Positions 23,901 to 37,900 of a stretch of DNA of 64,000 nt are shown piece after piece; position 1 is the first letter of the stretch, and each line of letters begins with the position of its first letter. The position numbers and the translations under genes are program-made. The DNA is from Eledone cirrhosa. Lineage: Eukaryota. The notes under the pieces were generated by a model. The model worked only from the letters and a program-made list of their open reading frames with translations, did not search any database and was not told the DNA's origin. Where the stretch lies: contig OZ024743.1 in the NCBI GenBank assembly GCA_964016885.1, forward strand, positions 234,112,001-234,176,000, written 5' to 3'.

Positions 23901-26900
23901 CGATTGAAAAGGTAACTCCGCCGGCAAATCGTCATTTTTGGATTCGTTTTCTTCGAAGCACACCATTCGCCGGCGGACTTTGTTGACGTTTAAGACGGTT
24001 TGGTTCCACAGCCACAACTATTGATTTTACGGAGATATCTTCCTGAAATTCACGCCACACATAGCCAATGAGTGTCTGCACATGTACCAGTAATTACAGA
24101 TCGATCCGACCACGGGCGGCCGGCCCGCGATTGAAAAGGTAACTCCGCCGGCAAATCGTCATTTTTGGATTCGTTTTCTTCGAAGCACACCATTCGCCGG
24201 CTGACTTTGTTGACGTTTAACACGGTTTGGTTCCACAGCCACAACTATTGATTTTACGGAGATATCTTGCTGAAATTCACGCCACACATAGCCAATGAGT
24301 GTCTGCACATGTACCAGTAATTACAGATCGATCCGACCACGGGCGGCCGGCCCGCGATTGAAAAGGTAACTCCGCCGGCAAATCGTCATTTTTGGATTCG
24401 TTTTCTTCGAAGCACACCATTCGCCGGCGGACTTTGTTGACGTTTAACACGGTTTGGTTCCACAGCCACAACTATTGATTTTACGGAGATATCTTGCTGA
24501 AATTCACGCCACACATAGCCAATGAGTGTCTGCACATGTACCAGTAATTACAGATCGATCCGACCACGGGCGGTCGGTTTGCGATTGAAAAGGTAACTCC
24601 GCCGGCAAATCGTCATTTTTGGATTCGTTTTCTTCGAAGCACACCATTCGCCGGCGGACTTTGTTGACGTTTAACACGGTTTGGTTCCACAGCCACAACT
24701 ATTGATTTTAAGGAGATATCTTGCTGAAATTCACGCCACACATAGCCAATGAGTGTCTGCACAGGTACCAGTAATTACAGATCGATCCGACCACGGGCGG
24801 CCGGCCCGCGATTGAAAAGGTAACTCCGCCGGCAAATCGTCATTTTTGGATTCGTTTTCTTCGAAGCACACCATTCGCCGGCGGACTTTGTTGACGTTTA
24901 ACACGGTTTGGTTCCACAGCCACAACTATTGATTTTACGGAGATATCTTGCTGAAATTCACGCCACACATAGCCAATGAGTGTCTGCACATGTACCAGTA
25001 ATTACAGATCGATCCGACCACGGGCGGCCGGCCCGCGATTGAAAAGGTAACTCCGCCGGCAAATCGTCATTTTTGGATTCGTTTTCTTCGAAGCACACCA
25101 TTCGCCGGCGGACTTTGTTGACGTTTAACACGGTTTGGTTCCACAGCCACAACTATTGATTTTACGGAGATATCTTGCTGAAATTCACGCCACACATAGC
25201 CAATGAGTGTCTGCACATGTACCAGTAATTACAGATCGATCCGACCACGGGCGGCCGGCCCGCGATTGAAAAGGTAACTCCGCCGGCAAATCGTCATTTT
25301 TGGATTCGTTTTCTTCGAAGCACACCATTCGCCGGCGGACTTTGTTGACGTTTAACACGGTTTGGTTCCACAGCCACAACTATTGATTTTACGGAGATAT
25401 CTTGCTGAAATTCACGCCACACATAGCCAATGAGTCTCTGCACATGTACCAGTAATTACAGATCGATCCGACCACGGGCGGTGGGTTTGCGATTGAAAAG
25501 GTAACTCCGCCGGCAAATCGTCATTTTTGGATTCGTTTTCTTCGAAGCACACCATTCGCCGGCTGACTTTGTTGACGTTTAACACGGTTTGGTTCCACAG
25601 CCACAACTATTGATTTTAAGGAGATATCTTGCTGAAATTCACGCCACACATAGCCAATGAGTGTCTGCACAGGTACCAGTAATTACAGATCGATCCGACC
25701 ACGGGCGGCCGGCCCGCGATTGAAAAGGTAACTCCGCCGGCAAATCGTCATTTTTGGATTCGTTTTCTTCGAAGCACACCATTCGCCGGCGGACTTTGTT
25801 GACGTTTAACACGGTTTGGTTCCACAGCCACAACTATTGATTTTACGGAGATATCTTGCTGAAATTCACGCCACACATAGCCAATGAGTCTCTGCACATG
25901 TACCAGTAATTACAGATCGATCCGACCACGGGCGGTCGGTTTGCGATTGAAAAGGTAACTCCGCCGGCAAATCGTCATTTTTGGATTCGTTTTCTTCGAA
26001 GCACACCATTCGCCGGCGGACTTTGTTGACGTTTAAGACGGTTTGGTTCCACAGCCACAACTATTGATTTTACGGAGATATCTTCCTGAAATTCACGCCA
26101 CACATAGCCAATGAGTGTCTGCACATGTACCAGTAATTACAGATCGATCCGACCACGGACGGCCGGTTTGCGATTGAAAAGGTAACTCTGCCGGCAAATC
26201 GTCATTTTTGGATTCGTTTTCTTCGAAGCACACCATTCGCCGGCGGACTTTGTTGACGTTTAACACGGTTTGGTTCCACAGCCACAACTATTGATTTTAC
26301 GGAGATATCTTGCTGAAATTCACGCCACACATAGCCAATGAGTGTCTGCACATGTACCAGTAATTACAGATCGATCCGACCACGGGCGGCCGGCCCGCGA
26401 TTGAAAAGGTAACTCCGCCGGCAAATCGTCATTTTTGGATTCGTTTTCTTCGAAGCACACCATTCGCCGGCGGACTTTGTTGACGTTTAACACGGTTTGG
26501 TTCCACAGCCACAACTATTGATTTTACGGAGATATCTTGCTGAAATTCACGCCACACATAGCCAATGAGTGTCTGCACATGTACCAGTAATTACAGATCG
26601 ATCCGACCACGGGCGGCCGGCCCGCGATTGAAAAGGTAACTCCGCCGGCAAATCGTCATTTTTGGATTCGTTTTCTTCGAAGCACACCATTCGCCGGCGG
26701 ACTTTGTTGACGTTTAACACGGTTTGGTTCCACAGCCACAACTATTGATTTTACGGAGATATCTTGCTGAAATTCACGCCACACATAGCCAATGAGTCTC
26801 TGCACATGTACCAGTAATTACAGATCGATCCGACCACGGGCGGTCGGTTTGCGATTGAAAAGGTAACTCCGCCGGCAAATCGTCATTTTTGGATTCGTTT

Positions 26901-29900
26901 TCTTCGAAGCACACCATTCGCCGGCGGACTTTGTTGACGTTTAAGACGGTTTGGTTCCACAGCCACAACTATTGATTTTACGGAGATATCTTCCTGAAAT
27001 TCACGCCACACATAGCCAATGAGTGTCTGCACATGTACCAGTAATTACAGATCGATCCGACCACGGACGGCCGGTTTGCGATTGAAAAGGTAACTCTGCC
27101 GGCAAATCGTCATTTTTGGATTCGTTTTCTTCGAAGCACACCATTCGCCGGCGGACTTTGTTGACGTTTAACACGGTTTGGTTCCACAGCCACAACTATT
27201 GATTTTACGGAGATATCTTGCTGAAATTCACGCCACACATAGCCAATGAGTGTCTGCACATGTACCAGTAATTACAGATCGATCCGACCACGGGCGGCCG
27301 GCCCGCGATTGAAAAGGTAACTCCGCCGGCAAATCGTCATTTTTGGATTCGTTTTCTTCGAAGCACACCATTCGCCGGCGGACTTTGTTGACGTTTAACA
27401 CGGTTTGGTTCCACAGCCACAACTATTGATTTTACGGAGATATCTTGCTGAAATTCACGCCACACATAGCCAATGAGTGTCTGCACATGTACCAGTAATT
27501 ACAGATCGATCCGACCACGGGCGGCCGGCCCGCGATTGAAAAGGTAACTCCGCCGGCAAATCGTCATTTTTGGATTCGTTTTCTTCGAAGCACACCATTC
27601 GCCGGCGGACTTTGTTGACGTTTAACACGGTTTGGTTCCACAGCCACAACTATTGATTTTACGGAGATATCTTGCTGAAATTCACGCCACACATAGCCAA
27701 TGAGTCTCTGCACATGTACCAGTAATTACAGATCGATCCGACCACGGGCGGTCGGTTTGCGATTGAAAAGGTAACTCCGCCGGCAAATCGTCATTTTTGG
27801 ATTCGTTTTCTTCGAAGCACACCATTCGCCGGCGGACTTTGTTGACGTTTAAGACGGTTTGGTTCCACAGCCACAACTATTGATTTTACGGAGATATCTT
27901 CCTGAAATTCACGCCACACATAGCCAATGAGTGTCTGCACATGTACCAGTAATTACAGATCGATCCGACCACGCGCGGCCGGCCCGCGATTGAAAAGGTA
28001 ACTCCGCCGGCAAATCGTCATTTTTGGATTCGTTTTCTTCGAAGCACACCATTCGCCGGCTGACTTTGTTGACGTTTAACACGGTTTGGTTCCACAGCCA
28101 CAACTATTGATTTTACGGAGATATCTTGCTGAAATTCACGCCACACATAGCCAATGAGTGTCTGCACATGTACCAGTAATTACAGATCGATCCGACCACG
28201 GGCGGCCGGCCCGCGATTGAAAAGGTAACTCCGCCGGCAAATCGTCATTTTTGGATTCGTTTTCTTCGAAGCACACCATTCGCCGGCGGACTTTGTTGAC
28301 GTTTAACACGGTTTGGTTCCACAGCCACAACTATTGATTTTACGGAGATATCTTGCTGAAATTCACGCCACACATAGCCAATGAGTGTCTGCACATGTAC
28401 CAGTAATTACAGATCGATCCGACCACGGGCGGTCGGTTTGCGATTGAAAAGGTAACTCCGCCGGCAAATCGTCATTTTTGGATTCGTTTTCTTCGAAGCA
28501 CACCATTCGCCGGCGGACTTTGTTGACGTTTAACACGGTTTGGTTCCACAGCCACAACTATTGATTTTACGGAGATATCTTGCTGAAATTCACGCCACAC
28601 ATAGCCAATGAGTCTCTGCACATGTACCAGTAATTACAGATCGATCCGACCACGGGCGGTCGGTTTGCGGTTGAAAAGGTAACTCCGCCGGCAAATCGTC
28701 ATTTTTGGATTCGTTTTCTTCGAAGCACACCATTCGCCGGCGGACTTTGTTGACGTTTAACACGGTTTGGTTCCACAGCCACAACTATTGATTTTACGGA
28801 GATATCTTGCTGAAATTCACGCCACACATAGCCAATGAGTGTCTGCACATGTACCAGTAATTACAGATCGATCCGACCACGGGCGGCCGGCCCGCGATTG
28901 AAAAGGTAACTCCGCCGGCAAATCGTCATTTTTGGATTCGTTTTCTTCGAAGCACACCATTCGCCGGCGGACTTTGTTGACGTTTAACACGGTTTGGTTC
29001 CACAGCCACAACTATTGATTTTACGGAGATATCTTGCTGAAATTCACGCCACACATAGCCAATGAGTCTCTGCACATGTACCAGTAATTACAGATCGATC
29101 CGACCACGGGCGGTCGGTTTGCGATTGAAAAGGTAACTCCGCCGGCAAATCGTCATTTTTGGATTCGTTTTCTTCGAAGCACACCATTCGCCGGCGGACT
29201 TTGTTGACGTTTAAGACGGTTTGGTTCCACAGCCACAACTATTGATTTTACGGAGATATCTTCCTGAAATTCACGCCACACATAGCCAATGAGTGTCTGC
29301 ACATGTACCAGTAATTACAGATCGATCCGACCACGGGCGGCCGGCCCGCGATTGAAAAGGTAACTCCGCCGGCAAATCGTCATTTTTGGATTCGTTTTCT
29401 TCGAAGCACACCATTCGCCGGCTGACTTTGTTGACGTTTAACACGGTTTGGTTCCACAGCCACAACTATTGATTTTACGGAGATATCTTGCTGAAATTCA
29501 CGCCACACATAGCCAATGAGTGTCTGCACATGTACCAGTAATTACAGATCGATCCGACCACGGGCGGCCGGCCCGCGATTGAAAAGGTAACTCCGCCGGC
29601 AAATCGTCATTTTTGGATTCGTTTTCTTCGAAGCACACCATTCGCCGGCGGACTTTGTTGACGTTTAACACGGTTTGGTTCCACAGCCACAACTATTGAT
29701 TTTACGGAGATATCTTGCTGAAATTCACGCCACACATAGCCAATGAGTGTCTGCACATGTACCAGTAATTACAGATCGATCCGACCACGGGCGGTCGGTT
29801 TGCGATTGAAAAGGTAACTCCGCCGGCAAATCGTCATTTTTGGATTCGTTTTCTTCGAAGCACACCATTCGCCGGCGGACTTTGTTGACGTTTAACACGG

Positions 29901-32900
29901 TTTGGTTCCACAGCCACAACTATTGATTTTACGGAGATATCTTGCTGAAATTCACGCCACACATAGCCAATGAGTGTCTGCACATGTATCAGTAATTACA
30001 GATCGATCCGACCACGGGCGGCCGGCCCGCGATTGAAAAGGTAACTCCGCCGGCAAATCGTCATTTTTGGATTCGTTTTCTTCGAAGCACACCATTCGCC
30101 GGCGGACTTTGTTGACGTTTAACACGGTTTGGTTCCACAGCCACAACTATTGATTTTACGGAGATATCTTGCTGAAATTCACGCCACACATAGCCAATGA
30201 GTGTCTGCACATGTACCAGTAATTACAGATCGATCCGACCACGGGCGGCCGGCCCGCGATTGAAAAGGTAACTCCGCCGGCAAATCGTCATTTTTGGATT
30301 CGTTTTCTTCGAAGCACACCATTCGCCGGCGGACTTTGTTGACGTTTAACACGGTTTGGTTCCACAGCCACAACTATTGATTTTACGGAGATATCTTGCT
30401 GAAATTCACGCCACACATAGCCAATGAGTGTCTGCACATGTACCAGTAATTACAGATCGATCCGACCACGGGCGGCCGGCCCGCGATTGAAAAGGTAACT
30501 CCGCCGGCAAATCGTCATTTTTGGATTCGTTTTCTTCGAAGCACACCATTCGCCGGCGGACTTTGTTGACGTTTAACACGGTTTGGTTCCACAGCCACAA
30601 CTATTGATTTTACGGAGATATCTTGCTGAAATTCACGCCACACATAGCCAATGAGTGTCTGCACATGTACCAGTAATTACAGATCGATCCGACCACGGGC
30701 GGCCGGCCCGCGATTGAAAAGGTAACTCCGCCGGCAAATCGTCATTTTTGGATTCGTTTTCTTCGAAGCACACCATTCGCCGGCGGACTTTGTTGACGTT
30801 TAACACGGTTTGGTTCCACAGCCACAACTATTGATTTTACGGAGATATCTTGCTGAAATTCACGCCACACATAGCCAATGAGTGTCTGCACATGTACCAG
30901 TAATTACAGATCGATCCGACCACGGGCGGCCGGCCCGCGATTGAAAAGGTAACTCCGCCGGCAAATCGTCATTTTTGGATTCGTTTTCTTCGAAGCACAC
31001 CATTCGCCGGCGGACTTTGTTGACGTTTAACACGGTTTGGTTCCACAGCCACAACTATTGATTTTACGGAGATATCTTGCTGAAATTCACGCCACACATA
31101 GCCAATGAGTCTCTGCACATGTACCATTAATTACAGATCGATCCGACCACGGGCGGTCGGTTTGCGATTGAAAAGGTAACTCCGCCGGCAAATCGTCATT
31201 TTTGGATTCGTTTTCTTCGAAGCACACCATTCGCCGGCTGACTTTGTTGACGTTTAACACGGTTTGGTTCCACAGCCACAACTATTGATTTTAAGGAGAT
31301 ATCTTGCTGAAATTCACGCCACACATAGCCAATGAGTGTCTGCACAGGTACCAGTAATTACAGATCGATCCGACCACGGGCGGCCGGCCCGCGATTGAAA
31401 AGGTAACTCCGCCGGCAAATCGTCATTTTTGGATTCGTTTTCTTCGAAGCACACCATTCGCCGGCGGACTTTGTTGACGTTTAACACGGTTTGGTTCCAC
31501 AGCCACAACTATTGATTTTACGGAGATATCTTGCTGAAATTCACGCCACACATAGCCAATGAGTGTCTGCACATGTACCAGTAATTACAGATCGATCCGA
31601 CCACGGGCGGCCGGCCCGCGATTGAAAAGGTAACTCCGCCGGCAAATCGTCATTTTTGGATTCGTTTTCTTCGAAGCACACCATTCGCCGGCGGACTTTG
31701 TTGACGTTTAACACGGTTTGGTTCCACAGCCACAACTATTGATTTTACGGAGATATCTTGCTGAAATTCACGCCACACATAGCCAATGAGTGTCTGCACA
31801 GGTACCAGTAATTACAGATCGATCCGACCACGGGCGGCCGGCCCGCGATTGAAAAGGTAACTCCGCCGGCAAATCGTCATTTTTGGATTCGTTTTCTTCG
31901 AAGCACACCATTCGCCGGCGGACTTTGTTGACGTTTAACACGGTTTGGTTCCACAGCCACAACTATTGATTTTACGGAGATATCTTGCTGAAATTCACGC
32001 CACACATAGCCAATGAGTGTCTGCACATGTACCAGTAATTACAGATCGATCCGACCACGGGCGGCCGGCCCGCGATTGAAAAGGTAACTCCGCCGGCAAA
32101 TCGTCATTTTTGGATTCGTTTTCTTCGAAGCACACCATTCGCCGGCGGACTTTGTTGACGTTTAACACGGTTTGGTTCCACAGCCACAACTATTGATTTT
32201 ACGGAGATATCTTGCTGAAATTCACGCCACACATAGCCAATGAGTGTCTGCACATGTACCAGTAATTACAGATCGATCCGACCACGGGCGGCCGGCCCGC
32301 GATTGAAAAGGTAACTCCGCCGGCAAATCGTCATTTTTGGATTCGTTTTCTTCGAAGCACACCATTCGCCGGCGGACTTTGTTGACGTTTAACACGGTTT
32401 GGTTCCACAGCCACAACTATTGATTTTACGGAGATATCTTGCTGAAATTCACGCCACACATAGCCAATGAGTGTCTGCACATGTACCAGTAATTACAGAT
32501 CGATCCGACCACGGGCGGCCGGCCCGCGATTGAAAAGGTAACTCCGCCGGCAAATCGTCATTTTTGGATTCGTTTTCTTCGAAGCACACCATTCGCCGGC
32601 GGACTTTGTTGACGTTTAACACGGTTTGGTTCCACAGCCACAACTATTGATTTTACGGAGATATCTTGCTGAAATTCACGCCACACATAGCCAATGAGTC
32701 TCTGCACATGTACCATTAATTACAGATCGATCCGACCACGGGCGGTCGGTTTGCGATTGAAAAGGTAACTCCGCCGGCAAATCGTCATTTTTGGATTCGT
32801 TTTCTTCGAAGCACACCATTCGCCGGCTGACTTTGTTGACGTTTAACACGGTTTGGTTCCACAGCCACAACTATTGATTTTAAGGAGATATCTTGCTGAA

Positions 32901-34945
32901 ATTCACGCCACACATAGCCAATGAGTGTCTGCACAGGTACCAGTAATTACAGATCGATCCGACCACGGGCGGCCGGCCCGCGATTGAAAAGGTAACTCCG
33001 CCGGCAAATCGTCATTTTTGGATTCGTTTTCTTCGAAGCACACCATTCGCCGGCGGACTTTGTTGACGTTTAACACGGTTTGGTTCCACAGCCACAACTA
33101 TTGATTTTACGGAGATATCTTGCTGAAATTCACGCCACACATAGCCAATGAGTGTCTGCACATGTACCAGTAATTACAGATCGATCCGACCACGGGCGGC
33201 CGGCCCGCGATTGAAAAGGTAACTCCGCCGGCAAATCGTCATTTTTGGATTCGTTTTCTTCGAAGCACACCATTCGCCGGCGGACTTTGTTGACGTTTAA
33301 CACGGTTTGGTTCCACAGCCACAACTATTGATTTTACGGAGATATCTTGCTGAAATTCACGCCACACATAGCCAATGAGTGTCTGCACATGTACCAGTAA
33401 TTACAGATCGATCCGACCACGGGCGGCCGGCCCGCGATTGAAAAGGTAACTCCGCCGGCAAATCGTCATTTTTGGATTCGTTTTCTTCGAAGCACACCAT
33501 TCGCCGGCGGACTTTGTTGACGTTTAACACGGTTTGGTTCCACAGCCACAACTATTGATTTTACGGAGATATCTTGCTGAAATTCACGCCACACATAGCC
33601 AATGAGTGTCTGCACAGGTACCAGTAATTACAGATCGATCCGACCACGGGCGGCCGGCCCGCGATTGAAAAGGTAACTCCGCCGGCAAATCGTCATTTTT
33701 GGATTCGTTTTCTTCGAAGCACACCATTCGCCGGCGGACTTTGTTGACGTTTAACACGGTTTGGTTCCACAGCCACAACTATTGATTTTACGGAGATATC
33801 TTGCTGAAATTCACGCCACACATAGCCAATGAGTGTCTGCACATGTACCAGTAATTACAGATCGATCCGACCACGGGCGGCCGGCCCGCGATTGAAAAGG
33901 TAACTCCGCCGGCAAATCGTCATTTTTGGATTCGTTTTCTTCGAAGCACACCATTCGCCGGCGGACTTTGTTGACGTTTAACACGGTTTGGTTCCACAGC
34001 CACAACTATTGATTTTACGGAGATATCTTGCTGAAATTCACGCCACACATAGCCAATGAGTGTCTGCACATGTACCAGTAATTACAGATCGATCCGACCA
34101 CGGGCGGCCGGCCCGCGATTGAAAAGGTAACTCCGCCGGCAAATCGTCATTTTTGGATTCGTTTTCTTCGAAGCACACCATTCGCCGGCGGACTTTGTTG
34201 ACGTTTAACACGGTTTGGTTCCACAGCCACAACTATTGATTTTACGGAGATATCTTGCTGAAATTCACGCCACACATAGCCAATGAGTGTCTGCACATGT
34301 ACCAGTAATTACAGATCGATCCGACCACGGGCGGCCGGCCCGCGATTGAAAAGGTAACTCCGCCGGCAAATCGTCATTTTTGGATTCGTTTTCTTCGAAG
34401 CACACCATTCGCCGGCGGACTTTGTTGACGTTTAACACGGTTTGGTTCCACAGCCACAACTATTGATTTTACGGAGATATCTTGCTGAAATTCACGCCAC
34501 ACATAGCCAATGAGTCTCTGCACATGTACCATTAATTACAGATCGATCCGACCACGGGCGGTCGGTTTGCGATTGAAAAGGTAACTCCGCCGGCAAATCG
34601 TCATTTTTGGATTCGTTTTCTTCGAAGCACACCATTCGCCGGCTGACTTTGTTGACGTTTAACACGGTTTGGTTCCACAGCCACAACTATTGATTTTAAG
34701 GAGATATCTTGCTGAAATTCACGCCACACATAGCCAATGAGTGTCTGCACAGGTACCAGTAATTACAGATCGATCCGACCACGGGCGGCCGGCCCGCGAT
34801 TGAAAAGGTAACTCCGCCGGCAAATCGTCATTTTTGGATTCGTTTTCTTCGAAGCACACCATTCGCCGGCGGACTTTGTTGACGTTTAACACGGTTTGGT
34901 TCCACAGCCACAACTATTGATTTTACGGAGATATCTTGCTGAAAT

Positions 34946-37900
34946 TCACGCCACACATAGCCAATGAGTGTCTGCACATGTACCAGTAATTACAGATCGA
35001 TCCGACCACGGGCGGCCGGCCCGCGATTGAAAAGGTAACTCCGCCGGCAAATCGTCATTTTTGGATTCGTTTTCTTCGAAGCACACCATTCGCCGGCGGA
35101 CTTTGTTGACGTTTAACACGGTTTGGTTCCACAGCCACAACTATTGATTTTACGGAGATATCTTGCTGAAATTCACGCCACACATAGCCAATGAGTGTCT
35201 GCACATGTACCAGTAATTACAGATCGATCCGACCACGGGCGGCCGGCCCGCGATTGAAAAGGTAACTCCGCCGGCAAATCGTCATTTTTGGATTCGTTTT
35301 CTTCGAAGCACACCATTCGCCGGCGGACTTTGTTGACGTTTAACACGGTTTGGTTCCACAGCCACAACTATTGATTTTACGGAGATATCTTGCTGAAATT
35401 CACGCCACACATAGCCAATGAGTCTCTGCACATGTACCAGTAATTACAGATCGATCCGACCACGGGCGGTGGGTTTGCGATTGAAAAGGTAACTCCGCCG
35501 GCAAATCGTCATTTTTGGATTCGTTTTCTTCGAAGCACACCATTCGCCGGCTGACTTTGTTGACGTTTAACACGGTTTGGTTCCACAGCCACAACTATTG
35601 ATTTTAAGGAGATATCTTGCTGAAATTCACGCCACACATAGCCAATGAGTGTCTGCACAGGTACCAGTAATTACAGATCGATCCGACCACGGGCGGCCGG
35701 CCCGCGATTGAAAAGGTAACTCCGCCGGCAAATCGTCATTTTTGGATTCGTTTTCTTCGAAGCACACCATTCGCCGGCGGACTTTGTTGACGTTTAACAC
35801 GGTTTGGTTCCACAGCCACAACTATTGATTTTACGGAGATATCTTGCTGAAATTCACGCCACACATAGCCAATGAGTCTCTGCACATGTACCAGTAATTA
35901 CAGATCGATCCGACCACGGGCGGTCGGTTTGCGATTGAAAAGGTAACTCCGCCGGCAAATCGTCATTTTTGGATTCGTTTTCTTCGAAGCACACCATTCG
36001 CCGGCGGACTTTGTTGACGTTTAAGACGGTTTGGTTCCACAGCCACAACTATTGATTTTACGGAGATATCTTCCTGAAATTCACGCCACACATAGCCAAT
36101 GAGTGTCTGCACATGTACCAGTAATTACAGATCGATCCGACCACGGACGGCCGGTTTGCGATTGAAAAGGTAACTCCGCCGGCAAATCGTCATTTTTGGA
36201 TTCGTTTTCTTCGAAGCACACCATTCGCCGGCGGACTTTGTTGACGTATAACACGGTTTGGTTCCACAGCCACAACTATTGATTTTACGGAGATATCTTG
36301 CTGAAATTCACGCCACACATAGCCAATGAGTGTCTGCACATGTACCAGTAATTACAGATCGATCCGACCACGGGCGGCCGGCCCGCGATTGAAAAGGTAA
36401 CTCCGCCGGCAAATCGTCATTTTTGGATTCGTTTTCTTCGAAGCACACCATTCGCCGGCGGACTTTGTTGACGTTTAACACGGTTTGGTTCCACAGCCAC
36501 AACTATTGATTTTACGGAGATATCTTGCTGAAATTCACGCCACACATAGCCAATGAGTGTCTGCACATGTACCAGTAATTACAGATCGATCCGACCACGG
36601 GCGGCCGGCCCGCGATTGAAAAGGTAACTCCGCCGGCAAATCGTCATTTTTGGATTCGTTTTCTTCGAAGCACACCATTCGCCGGCGGACTTTGTTGACG
36701 TTTAACACGGTTTGGTTCCACAGCCACAACTATTGATTTTACGGAGATATCTTGCTGAAATTCACGCCACACATAGCCAATGAGTCTCTGCACATGTACC
36801 AGTAATTACAGATCGATCCGACCACGGGCGGTGGGTTTGCGATTGAAAAGGTAACTCCGCCGGCAAATCGTCATTTTTGGATTCGTTTTCTTCGAAGCAC
36901 ACCATTCGCCGGCTGACTTTGTTGACGTTTAACACGGTTTGGTTCCACAGCCACAACTATTGATTTTAAGGAGATATCTTGCTGAAATTCACGCCACACA
37001 TAGCCAATGAGTGTCTGCACAGGTACCAGTAATTACAGATCGATCCGACCACGGGCGGCCGGCCCGCGATTGAAAAGGTAACTCCGCCGGCAAATCGTCA
37101 TTTTTGGATTCGTTTTCTTCGAAGCACACCATTCGCCGGCGGACTTTGTTGACGTTTAACACGGTTTGGTTCCACAGCCACAACTATTGATTTTACGGAG
37201 ATATCTTGCTGAAATTCACGCCACACATAGCCAATGAGTCTCTGCACATGTACCAGTAATTACAGATCGATCCGACCACGGGCGGTCGGTTTGCGATTGA
37301 AAAGGTAACTCCGCCGGCAAATCGTCATTTTTGGATTCGTTTTCTTCGAAGCACACCATTCGCCGGCGGACTTTGTTGACGTTTAAGACGGTTTGGTTCC
37401 ACAGCCACAACTATTGATTTTACGGAGATATCTTCCTGAAATTCACGCCACACATAGCCAATGAGTGTCTGCACATGTACCAGTAATTACAGATCGATCC
37501 GACCACGGACGGCCGGTTTGCGATTGAAAAGGTAACTCCGCCGGCAAATCGTCATTTTTGGATTCGTTTTCTTCGAAGCACACCATTCGCCGGCGGACTT
37601 TGTTGACGTTTAACACGGTTTGGTTCCACAGCCACAACTATTGATTTTACGGAGATATCTTGCTGAAATTCACGCCACACATAGCCAATGAGTGTCTGCA
37701 CATGTACCAGTAATTACAGATCGATCCGACCACGGGCGGCCGGCCCGCGATTGAAAAGGTAACTCCGCCGGCAAATCGTCATTTTTGGATTCGTTTTCTT
37801 CGAAGCACACCATTCGCCGGCGGACTTTGTTGACGTTTAACACGGTTTGGTTCCACAGCCACAACTATTGATTTTACGGAGATATCTTGCTGAAATTCAC

